Assembly (NCBI RefSeq): GCF_009914755.1
Contig: NC_060927.1
Source: the human T2T-CHM13v2.0 reference genome, Homo sapiens
Reading direction: 5' to 3' (one strand)
DNA length: 64,000 nt
Shown: in pieces, positions 1 to 21,218 of the stretch
Layout: every line of letters begins with the position of its first letter
Numbering within the stretch: position 1 is the first letter of the stretch
Translations under genes and position numbers: made by a program
Notes under the pieces: model-generated
Database searches by the model: none
What the model was told of the DNA's origin: nothing
What the model saw: the letters and a program-made list of their open reading frames with translations, nothing else

Positions 1-480
<480 letters not shown>

Positions 481-769
481 TTACTTCCTCATCAGTAAAA
501 TGAGGCTGATGATATGGGCATCCATACTCCAGGGCCAGTGTGAGCTTACAACAAGATAAGGAGTGGTGCTGAGCCTGGTGCCGGGCAGGCAGCAGGCATG
601 TTTCTCCCAATTATGCCCTCTCACTGCCAGCCCCACCTCCATTGTCCTCACCCCCAGGGCTCAAGGTTCTGCCTTCCCCTTTCTCAGCCCTGACCCTACT
701 GAACATGTCTCCCCACTCCCAGGCAGTGCCAGGGCCTCTCCTGGAGGGTTGCGGGGACAGAAGGACAGC

Positions 770-960
770 CGGAGTGCAGAGTCAGCGGTTGAGGGATTGG
801 GGCTATGCCAGCCCGATTAGAAGGGTTGGGGGGGCTGAGCTGGATTCACCTGTCCTTGTCTCTGATTGGCTCTTGGACACCCCTAGCCCCCAAATCCCAC
901 TAAGCAGCCCCACCAGGGATTGCACAGGTCCGTAGAGAGCCAGTTGATTGCAGGTCCTCC
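770..960 (+). promoter_or_regulatory. GNAT1 proximal rod-type promoter (CRX/OTX and NRL/MARE-like sites)
   Basis: TGCAGAGTCAGCG at 775-787 (2 mismatches to T-MARE TGCTGAGTCAGCA), GATTAG at 815-820 (CTAATC on - strand), reverse CCAAT at 865-869, several GGATT cores. CpG-poor, no clear TATA box. Confidence 0.65.
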
Positions 961-1057
961 TGGGGCCAGAAGGGTGCCTGGGAGGCCAGGTTCTGGGGAT
1001 CCCCTCCATCCAGAAGAACCACCTGCTCACTCTGTCCCTTCGCCTGCTGCTGGGACC

Positions 1058-4300
<3,243 letters not shown>

Positions 4301-4599
4301 CCTCTCCAGGCTCTTGCCTCAATACCCCAGCCCCGTCCAGCTCCCCACCCCACACCACGGCCCTGGAGCCTCACCCCCAAATCCTGGAGCCTACTGCCTC
4401 CAGGCCCCACCCCAGCTCCTCAGGCTCCACCCCACCGACAGAGGCCCCGCCCCACCCCACAAGTCCCACCCATTGAATTTCTTTTGGCCCCGCCCCAAGA
4501 CCTCAGGTGTCACAGCTTCCAGGGCCGCCCCACCACACACAATGCCTAAACCCATTTATTTTGGGTCTCAGGGATGCTGACTGGGTTTCCTTTTCACAG

Positions 4600-5850
4600 G
4601 TGCCTGAATTCATGCGTGTCAGTCACCCTGAGACCTGGTAGCCCTAGCTGCCTTGCAGCCCCAAACCCCAGGACCCTATCAGCCCCCTGGGACTCCCTGG
4701 CCCCAACCTGCCACCTCACCAAAGCTCTGAGCCCTGCTAGCCTTGAGGCGCGGACCCTCCCCCATACCTCCCACAGTATCCCAGCGCCTCATGCCCCCAA
4801 CCCCAAGCCCTGCCCTTCACCGCCCGGCTGCACTGGCCTCTAGGACTCACAGCAGCCAGCCCCAGCTAGGAACGGGCAGGACTTGGGGCAGCTGAAGCTC
4901 ACGGTGACTCAGCAGTGCCCAACTGACCAATCTCCCGCAGCTCTCCTGCCCCTGGGGGCCCACGACTCACCTGGTGGGCCTGGGCTCAGCAAACAGCCCT
5001 CCCTCCCAGTATTTCATCAAGGACAGGGAATATCCCTCCCACACACAGGCCAGCTGCTCACCCTGCCACCTCCATGTGACAAGTTTGACACCTGTCTACC
5101 CAGAGCCAGTGACTGTCCCTCCCAGCAGCCTCCAAAGGGTCCAAAGTCCAAGCTAGCTCTGGCCTGTGTGGCCCCCACATAAATAAATTAGTGGGGAGGG
5201 GGCAGACCTGGGGGCCCTTGGGTGCCAGAGTGAGACACAGCAGGACCCTTCCCCAAATACTAGGCTCAGAGCAACCTCCAGCCTTCTCCAGCAGGATCTG
5301 CTCCCTGTGTCCTTGGACAGCAGATCCACACACCACTTCCCCACCCACACACAGTACCCTGGGCTGGTTGGACAACAGGATGGTGTGTTAAGGGGTTAAG
5401 GGAGGGTACTGTTGACACCAGCTATGGCCAATAGCTGGGCTGTCCTGAGGGGTGGCTGGGGACAGAGTCCAGCTCCCTTGGATCAGCCCAGAGGATTCAG
5501 GATAGGACAAAGGCCCTGGCTGTGCCCAAAAGGGTCTACCTCAGGTGGGGTTACAAGCAAACCTGGGTGACCCTCTTGTCCCTACCAGCAGCTTCTCTTG
5601 CCCCTTCCATTCAGGGTTCCCTGGCAGGGGAAGCTGAGAGCCATGGCTGAACTATCAGGGACAAAGGCCCATGTCCCCACATCCCTGCTCCCTCCTTCCT
5701 CATCCAGCACCAAATCTTTGCTTATGTCCACAGGCCAGGGCCTGTGCTGCAGTCGGGGACAAGGAGCTTCCGTCTGGCAAGGCCGGGGCACAATTTGCAC
5801 TCCCCTCAGCTAGACGCACAGACTCAGCAATAAACCTTTGCATCAGGCTC
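4600..5850 (+). other. GNAT1: GNAT1 terminal non-coding exon / 3' UTR (end approximate)
   Basis: Donor TGAG|GTAGGT 1 nt after the stop (4288/4289). Acceptor tttccttttcacag| at 4599. AATAAA at 5182-5187 and 5829-5834. Confidence 0.75.
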
Positions 5851-6283
5851 CAGCTGTCCTTTCTTGGTGGAGGACTTAATTATCACAAGTCATGGGCATT
5901 TATTAAGTGCCCAGTGCTGGGTTGGGCATGAAGTGGGAAGATGGCCCCTCCCAGGAAGAAGTACCTGGCCTGACAAGGTGGGGCACTCTTGGGGGTATGG
6001 GACCAACTCATGGCTTTTCACGGGGGTTGAGGAGAGAGGAGCTGTGGAAAATATTCACTGGGACAGTCTTGGATCAAGAGGGAGTTTTGAGGTGGAGGCT
6101 CATTCTGGCAGGGACCGTAGTGTCTACCAGCCCCAGAAACATGGGCTTATGGCCACAGGAGTTCAGTGGAGCAAGAGCAGGGGAGGAGAGACGTGGACAG
6201 GTGCCCAAAGCCAGTCGGAGGGCCTGGGCTTTCTCAGAAGGTGATGGAGAGTCTTGGAAGCCCTCGAGGCAGGAACATAATTG

Positions 6284-6510
6284 CAGGGCTGGGATTAGGG
6301 TGAGGGAAGTGAGGCACACTCACCTTGGGTGCAACATTTAAGGCGATGCCAAAAAATTTAGTAACCAAGGTAAATAATATTAGGATAATATTTTTAAAAA
6401 TCAAATGAATGCAAAACCCCACAATGAATGAAATATCAAAATCCAACAGAGGATCAAACAGAGGCATGCTAAGATATATTGGGGCTTGAAGCAAAGGGAA
6501 AACTATTTGT
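6284..6510 (+). mobile_element. hAT-Tip100 DNA transposon fragment (MER96B-like)
   Basis: Begins CAGGGCTGGGATTAGGGTGAGG...GGTGCAACATTTAAGG...GCCAAAAAA, resembling the MER96 terminus, followed by an AT-rich body. Confidence 0.55.
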
Positions 6511-7099
6511 TGCTATATGTTTGTAGGGATTTTTTGCCAGTTTTAAAAATACATGTATCATAAAGTTTACTATCTCAGCCACTTGCCGGTGTATAGTTTG
6601 GTGGTGTTAAGTACATTCATAATGTTGTACAACCACCGCAACTGTTCATCTCCAGAACTCCTTTCCTCTTGTAAAACTGTAACTCTGTACCCATGAAAAA
6701 ATAACCCCCCATTCCTGCCTTCCCCCGGCTCCTGGCATCCACCATTCTACTTTCCATCTCTATGAATGTGACTGCTCTAAGTGCCTCAGATGTGTGGGTC
6801 CATGAAGTCTTTGTCTTTTTGCAACTGGCTTATTTCACTTAGCATCATGTCTTCAAGGTTTATTCATGTGTAGCATATGGCAGAATCTCCTTCCTTTTTA
6901 AGGTTGAATAATATTCCATTGTATATATTCCACACTTTGTTTATTTATTCATCTATTGATGAATGGTTACATCTGCCTTTTGGCTATTGTGAATAATGCT
7001 GCTATGAACATGGGTGTACAAATCTCTCTCCCAGCCTCTGTTTTTTATTATTTTGGGTGTATACCCAGAAATGGAACTGGCAAATCATATGGTGAATCT

Positions 7100-8025
<926 letters not shown>

Positions 8026-8145
8026 TACTTTTAATATTTTGAGGAACAGTTTTCCACAGCAGCTGTACCATTTTACATTCCCACCAACAGTGCACAGGTG
8101 GTCCCCCTTCCTCTACATATTTGTGAACTCTTGTTATTTTCTGGG

Positions 8146-8606
<461 letters not shown>

Positions 8607-9005
8607 TATTTTTCTTTTTTAATAGTAGTATCTCTTGGTAGTTTTGATTTGCATTTTCCTACTGCTTAGTGATGTTGAGAATCTTTTCCTGTGCTTATTG
8701 GCCATCTGTATATCTTCTTTGGAGAAATGCCTGTCCAAGTCCTTTGCCCATTTTTGAATTGAGTTATTTTAATGTTGTTGTTGAGTCTTAGAAGTTCTCT
8801 ATATATTCTGGAGAATAATTCCTTATCAGAGATAGGATTTGCAAATTTTTTTCCCACTCCGTGGGTTGCCTTTTAAACTCATTTTATGTATTTTTAATGG
8901 TTAATTTTTTTCCAGAACATTAAATAGTTGAAAAAACTTGTAAAAGTAGGTATGTTAAAACTCACATTATTTTAAGCTTGAATATTTTATTTATAACTTA
9001 AACAG

Positions 9006-9300
<295 letters not shown>

Positions 9301-9407
9301 AGAATTTCTTATAATTCTATTTTCCTGGGTTTAATGGAGACAAAAATAACCAATACCATTTTCAAAATCTGCTTCTTGAAAAAATAATTATTAAAAGTTT
9401 TCATTAA

Positions 9408-10188
<781 letters not shown>

Positions 10189-13100
10189 CTACAAGGCAAG
10201 GGGCTCAGTGACAGGGGTTGGGGTCTGAGCGGTTGACCAAGCACAGGCAACGCCCCCACTAAGCCAGTATTGTGGAGGGGTGTTGGATGGGCTGAATTTG
10301 CAGGACCTGTAGTGCTTGGGGGAGATGTCCAGGAGGCCGACTGATACTCAGTGCTGGGCAGAAAGCTAAGTGTAGGCATCATCCTCAATGTCCAGGTGGT
10401 GGGGAGCTGTGAGCCTGTCGGAGGCTGGAAAGGGGAGCATGAGGGCACCCAGGCCTGAGCACAGGAAGAACACTGGTTGGGGTTGGGAGTCCAGTGCACA
10501 TGTGGGCAGTGATATTGGTGCTGCTCAGAAGCCTGGGCATGGGGGCGATCTAGCCAGTGGTGCAAGACCCCTGCTGGGTGCTGTTGGCCTGGCTGAGCCA
10601 GGGCTGTTCATCTCTACTAAGGACCTGCTCCCCAAACAGTTTGCTAGAGTGAGGTGGGATGCGGGCAGTGACAGAAGGAGGTAGTGGGCATGGGATAGGA
10701 GGCCCTGAGGAGCTGGAAGTGTTAGGCTTGAGAGGGAGGAAGCTGTCAGGAGAGGTGACTTAGTGGGGTCTTCTGCACAGCCACCTTGTCTTGGCAGAAA
10801 GGTAAGGCGCTCCCCGGCATTCCTGGGCAAGGGACAGAAGAGCCCCAGCAACATGCAGGGGCTGGACCCTGCCCTCCAGGGGGTCCCGCCCCACATATGC
10901 TTCTGACCCCGGGGTCTGGGATTCAGGGTCGGTACTCCTGGATCCTGTGAGTTGGGGACGCTGCCTGGCCTCAAACTGCCCTGTCCATGGCCAGCAAGTG
11001 TGGAGGGGCCCTGAGTCTCCCAGCCTGAAACCTGCTTAGCTCTGCTCACCATACCAGTGTAATTACACGCTAAGGAGCAGGATCAATGGGTGCCTGATGC
11101 CTGATTCACAGTCCAGGGCAGAGGATCAGAGAGCACTGGCCCAGAGTCAGCACAGTGGCCACACCCCAGTCTTGTAGGTGGTGCATTTACTGTGGTCACC
11201 TCTAGCCACCACCATCCCTGCCTGGCCTGCAACCTCAAGGTGCCCCTGAGGGCCCCCACAGCCTTCAGCTCTGGCTCTGGCGGGACTAACCTGGCCCGGC
11301 CACCGACCAGAGATTAGACAAGACTGGTGGATGGTTAATGCCACTGACGTCAGGGCCTGGCCGGGTGGCCACTAGGGGTTTGGGCCCTCCCCTCAGGCAG
11401 TAGCATAGTCCATGTGACCAGGGTTCATTAAGCTGCTTCAGTGGCCAGAGAAGCTGGGGGCCAGATCTCAGGAGAGAGACAGCAGGCATGTCATGGCTGT
11501 GGGGGCCAGGCCTTAGCCACGAGGTCACCAGCTCTGGGGGCCCAGGCCGGGGAAGGGCTGGATAAGAGGGTTGCCTATGGGTCCCCTCCATACTTCTACA
11601 CTGTGTTGTGATACTAAAGCCCTGTTCATGCCCAAAGAGGAGCCTCCCAGGCACCAAACAGCAGGGCATAGTCAGCAGCTAGGGTGTGGTAATAGACCCT
11701 AAGGTGTGGGGGTGAGAACCACCTTCTCCTGAGGATTTCAAACCCCTGATCATGAGCCCAGAAGGAGCGTGCTGCCCTGCACGCAACCCTCCGCCCACCA
11801 GGGCTAGCCCTACGTCCAGGCTCCTTTCCCTCTGGCCGAGCTCCTTTCTCCATCCACAGTGCCCTTCCCCTCCTGACCCTTGCTTGTGCCTTTCTTACCC
11901 TTCGCAGAGCAAGTCTGTGGGCTGCTTTGCCATCAGGCTCTCCTTGATTTGCGCCCTCCAACCTCGCAGGCATTTTCCCATCTAGACCACCTGGAGACAG
12001 CGCTTGGAGACACTAGGGCTGGGGCTGTGTGGGTGGGGTGACAAGAGCAGCAAGAGCAGTAAGTGTCGGACTAGCTGGCTCTTCACAGTGACTCAGGCAG
12101 GGTTCTCAGAGGTGCTCTATGAGGGTGATGAAGGACAAGTAGGAGTCTGCCAAGGAGGTGGAACAGGGTAGGGAACCTTCAGCCCTGGGAAGCACGAGGG
12201 CAGAGGCACAGGAGCATGAAAGCTAGCAAGTTCTGCGAACAGCAGGAACGTGTGCAGCGTGGCCAGCCAAGCCCGGGGGAGGTGAAGAGGCTTGCTGGGA
12301 GCAGGTGGGCGGATATGAGGGAGGCCAGCCAGGTGTGGGGGCAGGAGCTGCAGGGGGTCTGAGGAGTCAGGGGACACAGATCCTGGGCTCTGGAAGGGCT
12401 AGGTTGGAGGCGAAGATGGGGCATTGCTGTTGGAGATGGTCTTGGGGCACTGTGTGGATAGCATGTTAGCAGAGGTGGTGGCATGGTGAGAAGAGGCAGC
12501 CTAGCTAGAGGCTGAGAGTTCATGACTAGAAAGGAAGAAGGAGAGCCAAGGGCTATTGGGGCCCTGGAAGGAGGATCTGAGCGGTCCTGGAGCCCTGAGC
12601 TCTGCTGCATGGGTCTGGCAGTCTTTCAGGCCTGGGTTTACGTTTTCAGAGATGGGGCAGTGGAGGCGGAGGCTGGGCTGAAGCTTGGGATAAAGCTTCC
12701 CCCATTCTCCATCCCAAGGGGCCGCCTGCAACTCTGTGGTTGCTTGGATGGACATTCCCTCTAGCCTCTGGAAGAAGGCGACCGGCAGCTCTCAGAGCCA
12801 CATCCTAGCTGTCCAGCTGTCCGGTCACCACAGGCTGGGCTGGGAGATTCGGCAGGTGGTGGGAAAGGCCTCCGAGCTGTGTTTGCCCTGGCTGGGGCCC
12901 AGGCCTAGCAACAACAAACAGTCAGCCCCTCCCCCAGCCTGGCCACAACTGGTCTGACCCAGGGACCCCACATCATACCCTCCTCTGGGCCTCCCACAGC
13001 AGCCCAGCCCAGTCAGCCCCTGCTTCCTCCAGTCTAGATTGAGGACCCCAACACCCATATCCCAGGTGACCTTGAGCCAGCCCTGGCCCCTCAAGAACTG

Positions 13101-14439
13101 CCAGTGGGAGCCACCAGCCCTTTGCAGATAGCTCCTGTGAGCATCCAGGGTGTCTGCAAGTGGGAGGTTGAGGGGTGGGAGGCAGGCCTGAGACCCTCGT
13201 CAGCACCTCTTCTATATGGCTGTCCCATGGCAGAACCATGCCCATTTGGAGGGTGGGAGTCAAAGTGAGCTCTGATCTAAGGATGATATCAGCCCCAGAC
13301 CAGGAGTGAAAGGCAGCCCTTTCCCATTTTCCAGCCACCAGCAAGGCAGAAGTTCGAGTGGCTTGAGGTTTTCAGGGGTTGCCACCATCCCAATGCCTTT
13401 CTCTCTAGCCCTGCCAGCCAGAGCTGAGTCCCCTGCCCGGTCTCACAGCTTCCCCTCCACTCATTCCCCTCAGGAGAAAAGACAGCCATTTCCATGTCAC
13501 AGAGGGAAACCAAGGTACGCCAGGGCTTGGCTGTGGTGGTTCTGTGAGTCAGCAGGAGAAAATCCTGGAGTCCTGACTCCCAGCCCAGGGCAGGGGAGGG
13601 TCGGGTATGTCCTCTCAGGGCATTCCCCCCGCACTGGGAAGTGGGGCAGGCATGACACAGAGAAGACCAGCTTGAATAGGAACAGCAGAGGCCATGAGAT
13701 TAATCGGATCAGAGCCAGTGACTGAGAAGCAAGGGGCACAGCTGTTCTGAGAACCCCCCCACTTCACCCCGAAGGTCAGCATCTCCCCCAGCTTCCTACT
13801 GGTGGAACCTGGGACCTTAACACCCACCACCCGTCTCTGAGCACCAAGGGCCTGTGTGGAAAGCAGGCAGGGGTGGGATAAGGAGCCCCCAGCCAAGAAC
13901 GGGGCCATCCTAAAACCCCTGTCTGTCCCCAGGACACCAAGTCCCAGCCCCCTTCTTGTGGACAGGCTGACAGCTGTCTCCTACACCTTCTAAATAAGGA
14001 CGGGGGTCATGGTCGGGGGGCCCCAGGTGAGGCTCAAGCAAGCCAAGCCTTACTCCTTGCCTGACCTCACTGCCCCTGCCCTCTGTGTTCCAGCCTCAGC
14101 CTCCTCTGAATATCTGGGGTGGAGACAGAATTGATATAAGAAGCCCTCCCACCCTCGCCCCCACCCCACCCCTGGTTGGGAAGGGGGAGGCAGGTAGAAG
14201 AGGTATTTTGTTGCCTGAGTGTCGCCTGAAAGTCCCCCATTCAAGCATCTCTCACTGAGGCTATGCATTGCCAGTCCTCTTGGCTGAAGCTCCCCTTCTG
14301 GCTTTGGGGGGTGTGGGCAAAGCATTTCAGGGGTTAATGTGACACCCACAGACCTCAGAGAGAATCTGCTTTGGACTGAAGCATTCCCCCCACAAGACTC
14401 AACGGAGTCCCTCTGGCAGCTCTGCTCTCCCACCTAGGG

Positions 14440-15550
14440 GCTCCCTAACGCTCAGGCCGCCCCTTTGCTCCCGGCCTGCCCCGGCCCCCGCCATTCCCCC
14501 GACCAGCCCCTCCTCCCGCGGGCCGCCAGGGATTGGCGGGCGGGGGGCGGGCCGGGGGCGGGGCCGGGCGCCCTTCATCCCGCGTCGCTGTTGTCGCTGT
14601 TGCAGCCGAGTTCAGCCGGGAGCAGAGCGAACCGCACCGGCCCGAGCGGAGCGCCGCACGTTCCCAACCGCGAGGCCAGGTACCGCTTCGGGAGTTCATC
14701 CCACCCGCACAGGGGAATCGGGTGGGCCGAGCCCTACTGTCCACCCTCCTGTCCGTAGCCGGGCTCTGGGCAGCTCTCCTCTACCGTCCTGACCCGGGCA
14801 GGCGCCCCAGCCTCCGGCGAGCCAAAGCCCCGCGCGCTCCAGGCGCTGGTCTTGGGGACCTGCCAGTCGGGACTCAGCGCCGAGCTTAAGCAGGGCCCTG
14901 GGGGTACCGGGAGGGACACGTCGTCGCCTTAGGGCCTCTCGGCGGGGCTGCGAGGTACAGCAGGAGGTCGGCGGCACCCGGGGCTGGGACCACAGGACGC
15001 CTTGTTGGGGGCTCGGGCGGCACACCACAGGCTTCCTGAGGCAGGGCCCATGGGGCAGGCTGGAGAGGGCCCGAGGGGAGGACCCAAGAGGGGCCTGGAG
15101 CAGTCCCTGGAGCGCTGCCCCGACGGGCGCCTGACAGGCAGAGCAGCCCGGCTGGCACGATGGGAATCCGGGTATATTTATCTCGGCTGCTCCGGACAAG
15201 GGCTTGAGGGCAGATCGGGCCGGGCCGCCTGAGGGGCCGCGGGGTACATGCTGGTCCCAGAGCCGGTGCCATTTGCAGAGGAGCCAGCGGGCACAGCGGG
15301 CGCAGGGCGCGAGTGGCTCCCTGACCTGAGGCCGGGGCGCCGTGCGAGCTCCTCCCCACCTGGCGCTGGGTAGGGTGTAAGTTAGAGCCCGCGCAGCGCA
15401 CGGCGGATAGAAGGAACCAAGACTTGGTTTGCAAGAGCCCGCCCCCGCCCGGTTGGCCCCTTCGATTGGCCACAGCAAATGCGTGCGTTTGTTTACACCC
15501 AGGCAGGGGGAGGCCAGGGGAGGGACCTGCGGGGACCCGCCCTTTTCCCC
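14440..15550. promoter_or_regulatory. SLC38A3 CpG-island promoter
   Basis: Clustered GC boxes (GGGGCGGG) at 14537-14570, dense CpG. Downstream reverse CCAAT near 15466 and forkhead TGTTTAC near 15490. Confidence 0.8.
14580..14679 (+). other. SLC38A3: SLC38A3 non-coding exon 1 (start approximate)
   Basis: ATG-free segment right after the GC boxes, ending at donor CAG|GTACCG (14679/14680). The first coding exon has a matching acceptor (tgctctgcag| 23480). Confidence 0.7.
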
Positions 15551-16528
15551 CCACGGGGACCTGAGTCCTGAGTCCAGGTATGGGCTCTCAAACAGGTCTG
15601 AGAAAGGCTAAGTCAAAGGCTCTTGAGCCCTGAGGAACACCATGGAGGACTTCCCCACTCATGCCCATCCTTCCTTCAGCCTGCCAACCCTGTCCTTTCT
15701 TCCATGACCGACTCTGGCCACAGAGCTGCCCCTGGAAAAGGCCCTTGGACCTTTCACCCCTTCCTGTTCTGTTCTGTAAAAGGTCTGGGATGGGGCTCAT
15801 TTCCTTCTGGAAAGGAAGCACATCCCTCGGGGCTCTCAGTCTGGGGGATAGAAAGCTAAAGAGACCCAAAGATGGTTCCATTTTGAATGGGGGAAATTCG
15901 GCACAGCCACGGTACCCTTCCTGCAAGAAGCATCACTGACGGGAGGGATCAGGACTGGAAGAGGCCAAGCCTGGCACGTCTCTGAGAGGGCTGGAATGAC
16001 TGAAACCAGAAATGGGAATCTGATTTCTTGACATTGGGAGCAGGGGGCTGAATCTCTGGGGAGGGTAGGAGTCTGTATCTCAGAATTTTGTTCTGCCTGG
16101 GCCCATGGGACCCATGTCTTCGCTGGCTTCTCAAGCCACTCCTTGTTGTGTGCTGGTTTTTTTGGCCCATGTCACAAATGGTCCCCACACCAGTCCAGGG
16201 CTCCAGGTTGCCAGATCATGACAACTGGTTGCTCCTGTCCTTGTGCCACTGCCCTAGCAAGTAGCCTTGAAGCCCTGGACAGTTGGAGAAACTGAGGCAC
16301 AACAAGACTGGCTGGGTGGTTCATGGTCTCTGGGTTGAGTCAGAGAAGGATTTTAAGCTGAACTGGACACACCCTGGAAGTCTGGGCTGGGTGTGAGGAC
16401 AAGCATCCAGTTTGAGAGGGAAACATATTTGGAGGGGAGTGGTGTGGGGTGGGCCACCAGGGAGGTGCAGTTTTGGTGTCTCTGTGAACAGAAAGCTGAG
16501 GTGGAATGTGCAGTCTATGCTATAGTAG

Positions 16529-16960
<432 letters not shown>

Positions 16961-17592
16961 TAACATTTGCTGAGCACCTACTGTGTGCCCGGGGTACACT
17001 CTTGTCTAGTGGGTGAAGGGTAGGCCTTTGACTCTGGGTGGTAGGACAGACATAGGAGAACAGGGTGGGGCTCTAGAGGACCAGGCGGGGCTTCTGGGGG
17101 CCAAAGGGAAGGACCAGCTGCTGGGCAGGAGGGGCTTTCCGGCCAGTGGCCTGGGGTGGCTTGGTTTTGAATTTCCGCTCTGCGGGCCACGTCCTGTACA
17201 CAGCCTCTCAGCCAGCACGTCTGCACACGTGCATGGCTGCTGGGAATGGGGGTCACTCCGACTGACCATCATCTCCACATGTATTTTCCATTGCTCAGGT
17301 AGACAAGTCCTGGGTGCTGGACCAGGGATATCTGAGCTTTCCAGTTGGGCCTGGCCTTGTGGCCCTAGTGGGCTCAGCCCCAGCCTCTGGGTGTCATAGC
17401 ACCTGGTTGGTAGGGGCATAACCTGCTCTGTGGGGACCTGGAGGTGCAGCAGCCTTTTTGTGGGGTCCTCCAGGGTTCTGCCTGGCCATCTTGGCAGTGC
17501 CCATTGGGCCTACTGCCCCCTCAGCTGGGCCCCCTGGCTCCCTCTCCCCTTCTCGCTCTTTCTGGGGCTCTCTTTTTCTTCAGCTTTCTCTC

Positions 17593-18240
<648 letters not shown>

Positions 18241-18697
18241 TGGATGTCTCCCCTCCTCCAGGCCGACCTTGACTTTAGCCCCCCATCGGACTCTCTGATG
18301 AGTCCTGAACTGCCCGAGGCCTGTGCTTCAGCTTGCTTTGGGGCCAGAAGTCCGGCTGTCTAAATATTTGGCCGCCTCCAGGGGATTCCGGGTCAGCAGG
18401 GAGGAGAATGGGCTGGCTGGCGCAGGGTCTCCCCTGCCCCTGGGGGGCCACAGTCACGTGATGTCCTGTCCTTTGCCTCAGCTGGGCCTCCGGCTGCACG
18501 TCCTTCTCAGCAGGCTGGCAATGGGTGAGGTGGGGGCTGCTGTTGCTCTAGCCCACTCGTGAACCAAGAGCTTCTGACTGCAACCTCTATGGGTGGCAGC
18601 CTGAGCAAGGAGGGTCCAGGGCTGGGTGGGAAGGGAGGCTGAGGTGCCTAAGGTTAGGCCCAGCTACAAGCATCTGTTAGAAAACGTACCTGGCCAT

Positions 18698-19056
<359 letters not shown>

Positions 19057-20851
19057 TCAGATCCTCCTAGACACCTCCGGATGCCCAGAACACAGAGCCA
19101 CAGACCCTAGATCCCAAGGCCAGGGAGCTGGGGGCTGAGGATTAACATGGCCGGTAGTTCAGTTCTCTGGGCCATCTGCCTTCCCCTGGATATGCCCCCG
19201 CCTGCATGTCACTTCTTCAGTATTAGCCCAGTGTTGGCCACACACTGGCCACTTGCACTGTTGTGTTGTTGATGAGGAGGACATGAAAACATGGGTCTAG
19301 AGGAGGGTAAGAGGTGTCTTTTCCCTGTTCTAACACCCTCCTCCCACCTGCTTTGTCCCTAGACCCCTGACCCCAGCAATCAGCTACCACCAATTCCTAT
19401 GGCTGTGCCTTGAGAACATGCAGTCCAAATGTCTCCATTGGATCTGGTTTCCCCCCTTACTAACACCTTCTCCTAGTAGGGGGCATCTTCCCTCTGAAGC
19501 CTGGAGGAGCAGGTGGACAGAGGGGTAGCTGTCCAGATGGGTACCAGACTTAGGAGGGGGGCACCCTGTCTCAGCCAAGGAGGGGAGTGGTAAAAATGAG
19601 CTGAGCTGGAACTGGGGGCAGCCCTCACCCCTGAGCCCCCAGGGATAATCACGATGGACCCTCAAGCCAGGCCAGCTGTCTCTCTCCTGAGATCTTGGCG
19701 GAGGTCAGGTAGCCTGGGCCTCAGCAATAAGCTCCAGAGGGTCTGTGCCTCCACTGGTGCAAGTCGTCACCAAGGTAAAAAGAGTGCGAAGGCCTCCCTG
19801 TCACCAGCTCACTACTGCCGACCCAGACCCACTTATGTTCCTGAGCATGGGGAAGGAAAGCAAGGCTCAGAGTCCTGGGGACTCCAAGGACCTTGATCCC
19901 TGGGCAGAGAGCTGTGCTTCCTGTAGCTGCTTGCATCAGCCGCCCTGAAGTGGCCTGGGTTCCTGGGGCTCAAAATCTTTAATTAGCCAAACTCAACACC
20001 TGCCGAGGTGTGCCTGATGAATTCTCACCAGGTGATGTTCGCGTGGGCGGGCGTTACCTGCTGCGCCATCCCTGTGGCTCCTGGCCCCTCCTGGCCCTTA
20101 TCTCCCAGGAAAACAAACAGGTCCCAGGGCAATGGCCTGGGCCATTGATTTACTGCCCGGGTTCACACTACATCCATGACAGATGCCATTCTGATGACCT
20201 GCCCAAGGCCACCGTGATCTCCCCACCCTAGCTCCTGGCCACTCTCTGGGCACCCATGGACTGTTCTGGGGATGAAGGCTTTGGGGAGGCTCCTCACTCA
20301 TCCCCAGCTTTGACCAAGCCTCACGGGACCCCTAGAGGACAGGGATACACTGAGGTCCTGAGCTGGGGAGTACCCTGCCCCTGGCCACACAGTGAGGCAG
20401 GGCCAAGCCCAGCCCTAGAGGGTCTACTCTGGGCTTTCACCACAGGGGATCAGGCTCTGCTGGCAGCCTTTCTTATGCAGGAGCCCTTCCCTGAGTTTAC
20501 CCCGATTCCGATTCCCGGATACAAAGGAGCCTGGGAGGCCACAGGCCTGAGGGGTAGGAGCTGTCAAAAATGGGCTGGCAGCCTCAGGGAATGGCTGGGG
20601 GCTCCATGCCAGGCCAGTGCTAATCCTCACCCTGGCCCCCAGCCCCCAGCCCTCCTCCCTGCCCTGGACCAAAGTCCAGACTCCTAGACCTGGCCTTTAC
20701 AGCTCTATCAGGTTTGTCTGTTGCCACAGAACCTTCCTTCAACGCTTACAGCTTGCCTCGTACTGCACCTCAGGGCCTCTGCCTATGCTGTGCTCTCTGC
20801 CTGGTACACTCTTTCCTGTTTGACACCCCAGGGTGCCTACTGGAATTTTAG

Positions 20852-21218
<367 letters not shown>

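Noticed and set aside
14465-15554. Long overlapping ORFs of 118-260 aa on both strands in the SLC38A3 island, and similar ones at 35374-37407, 45291-45907 and 55308-56124
   Set aside because: Pro/Arg/Gly/Ala-rich, mostly non-ATG starts, no domain signature; expected from stop-codon scarcity in high-GC DNA.
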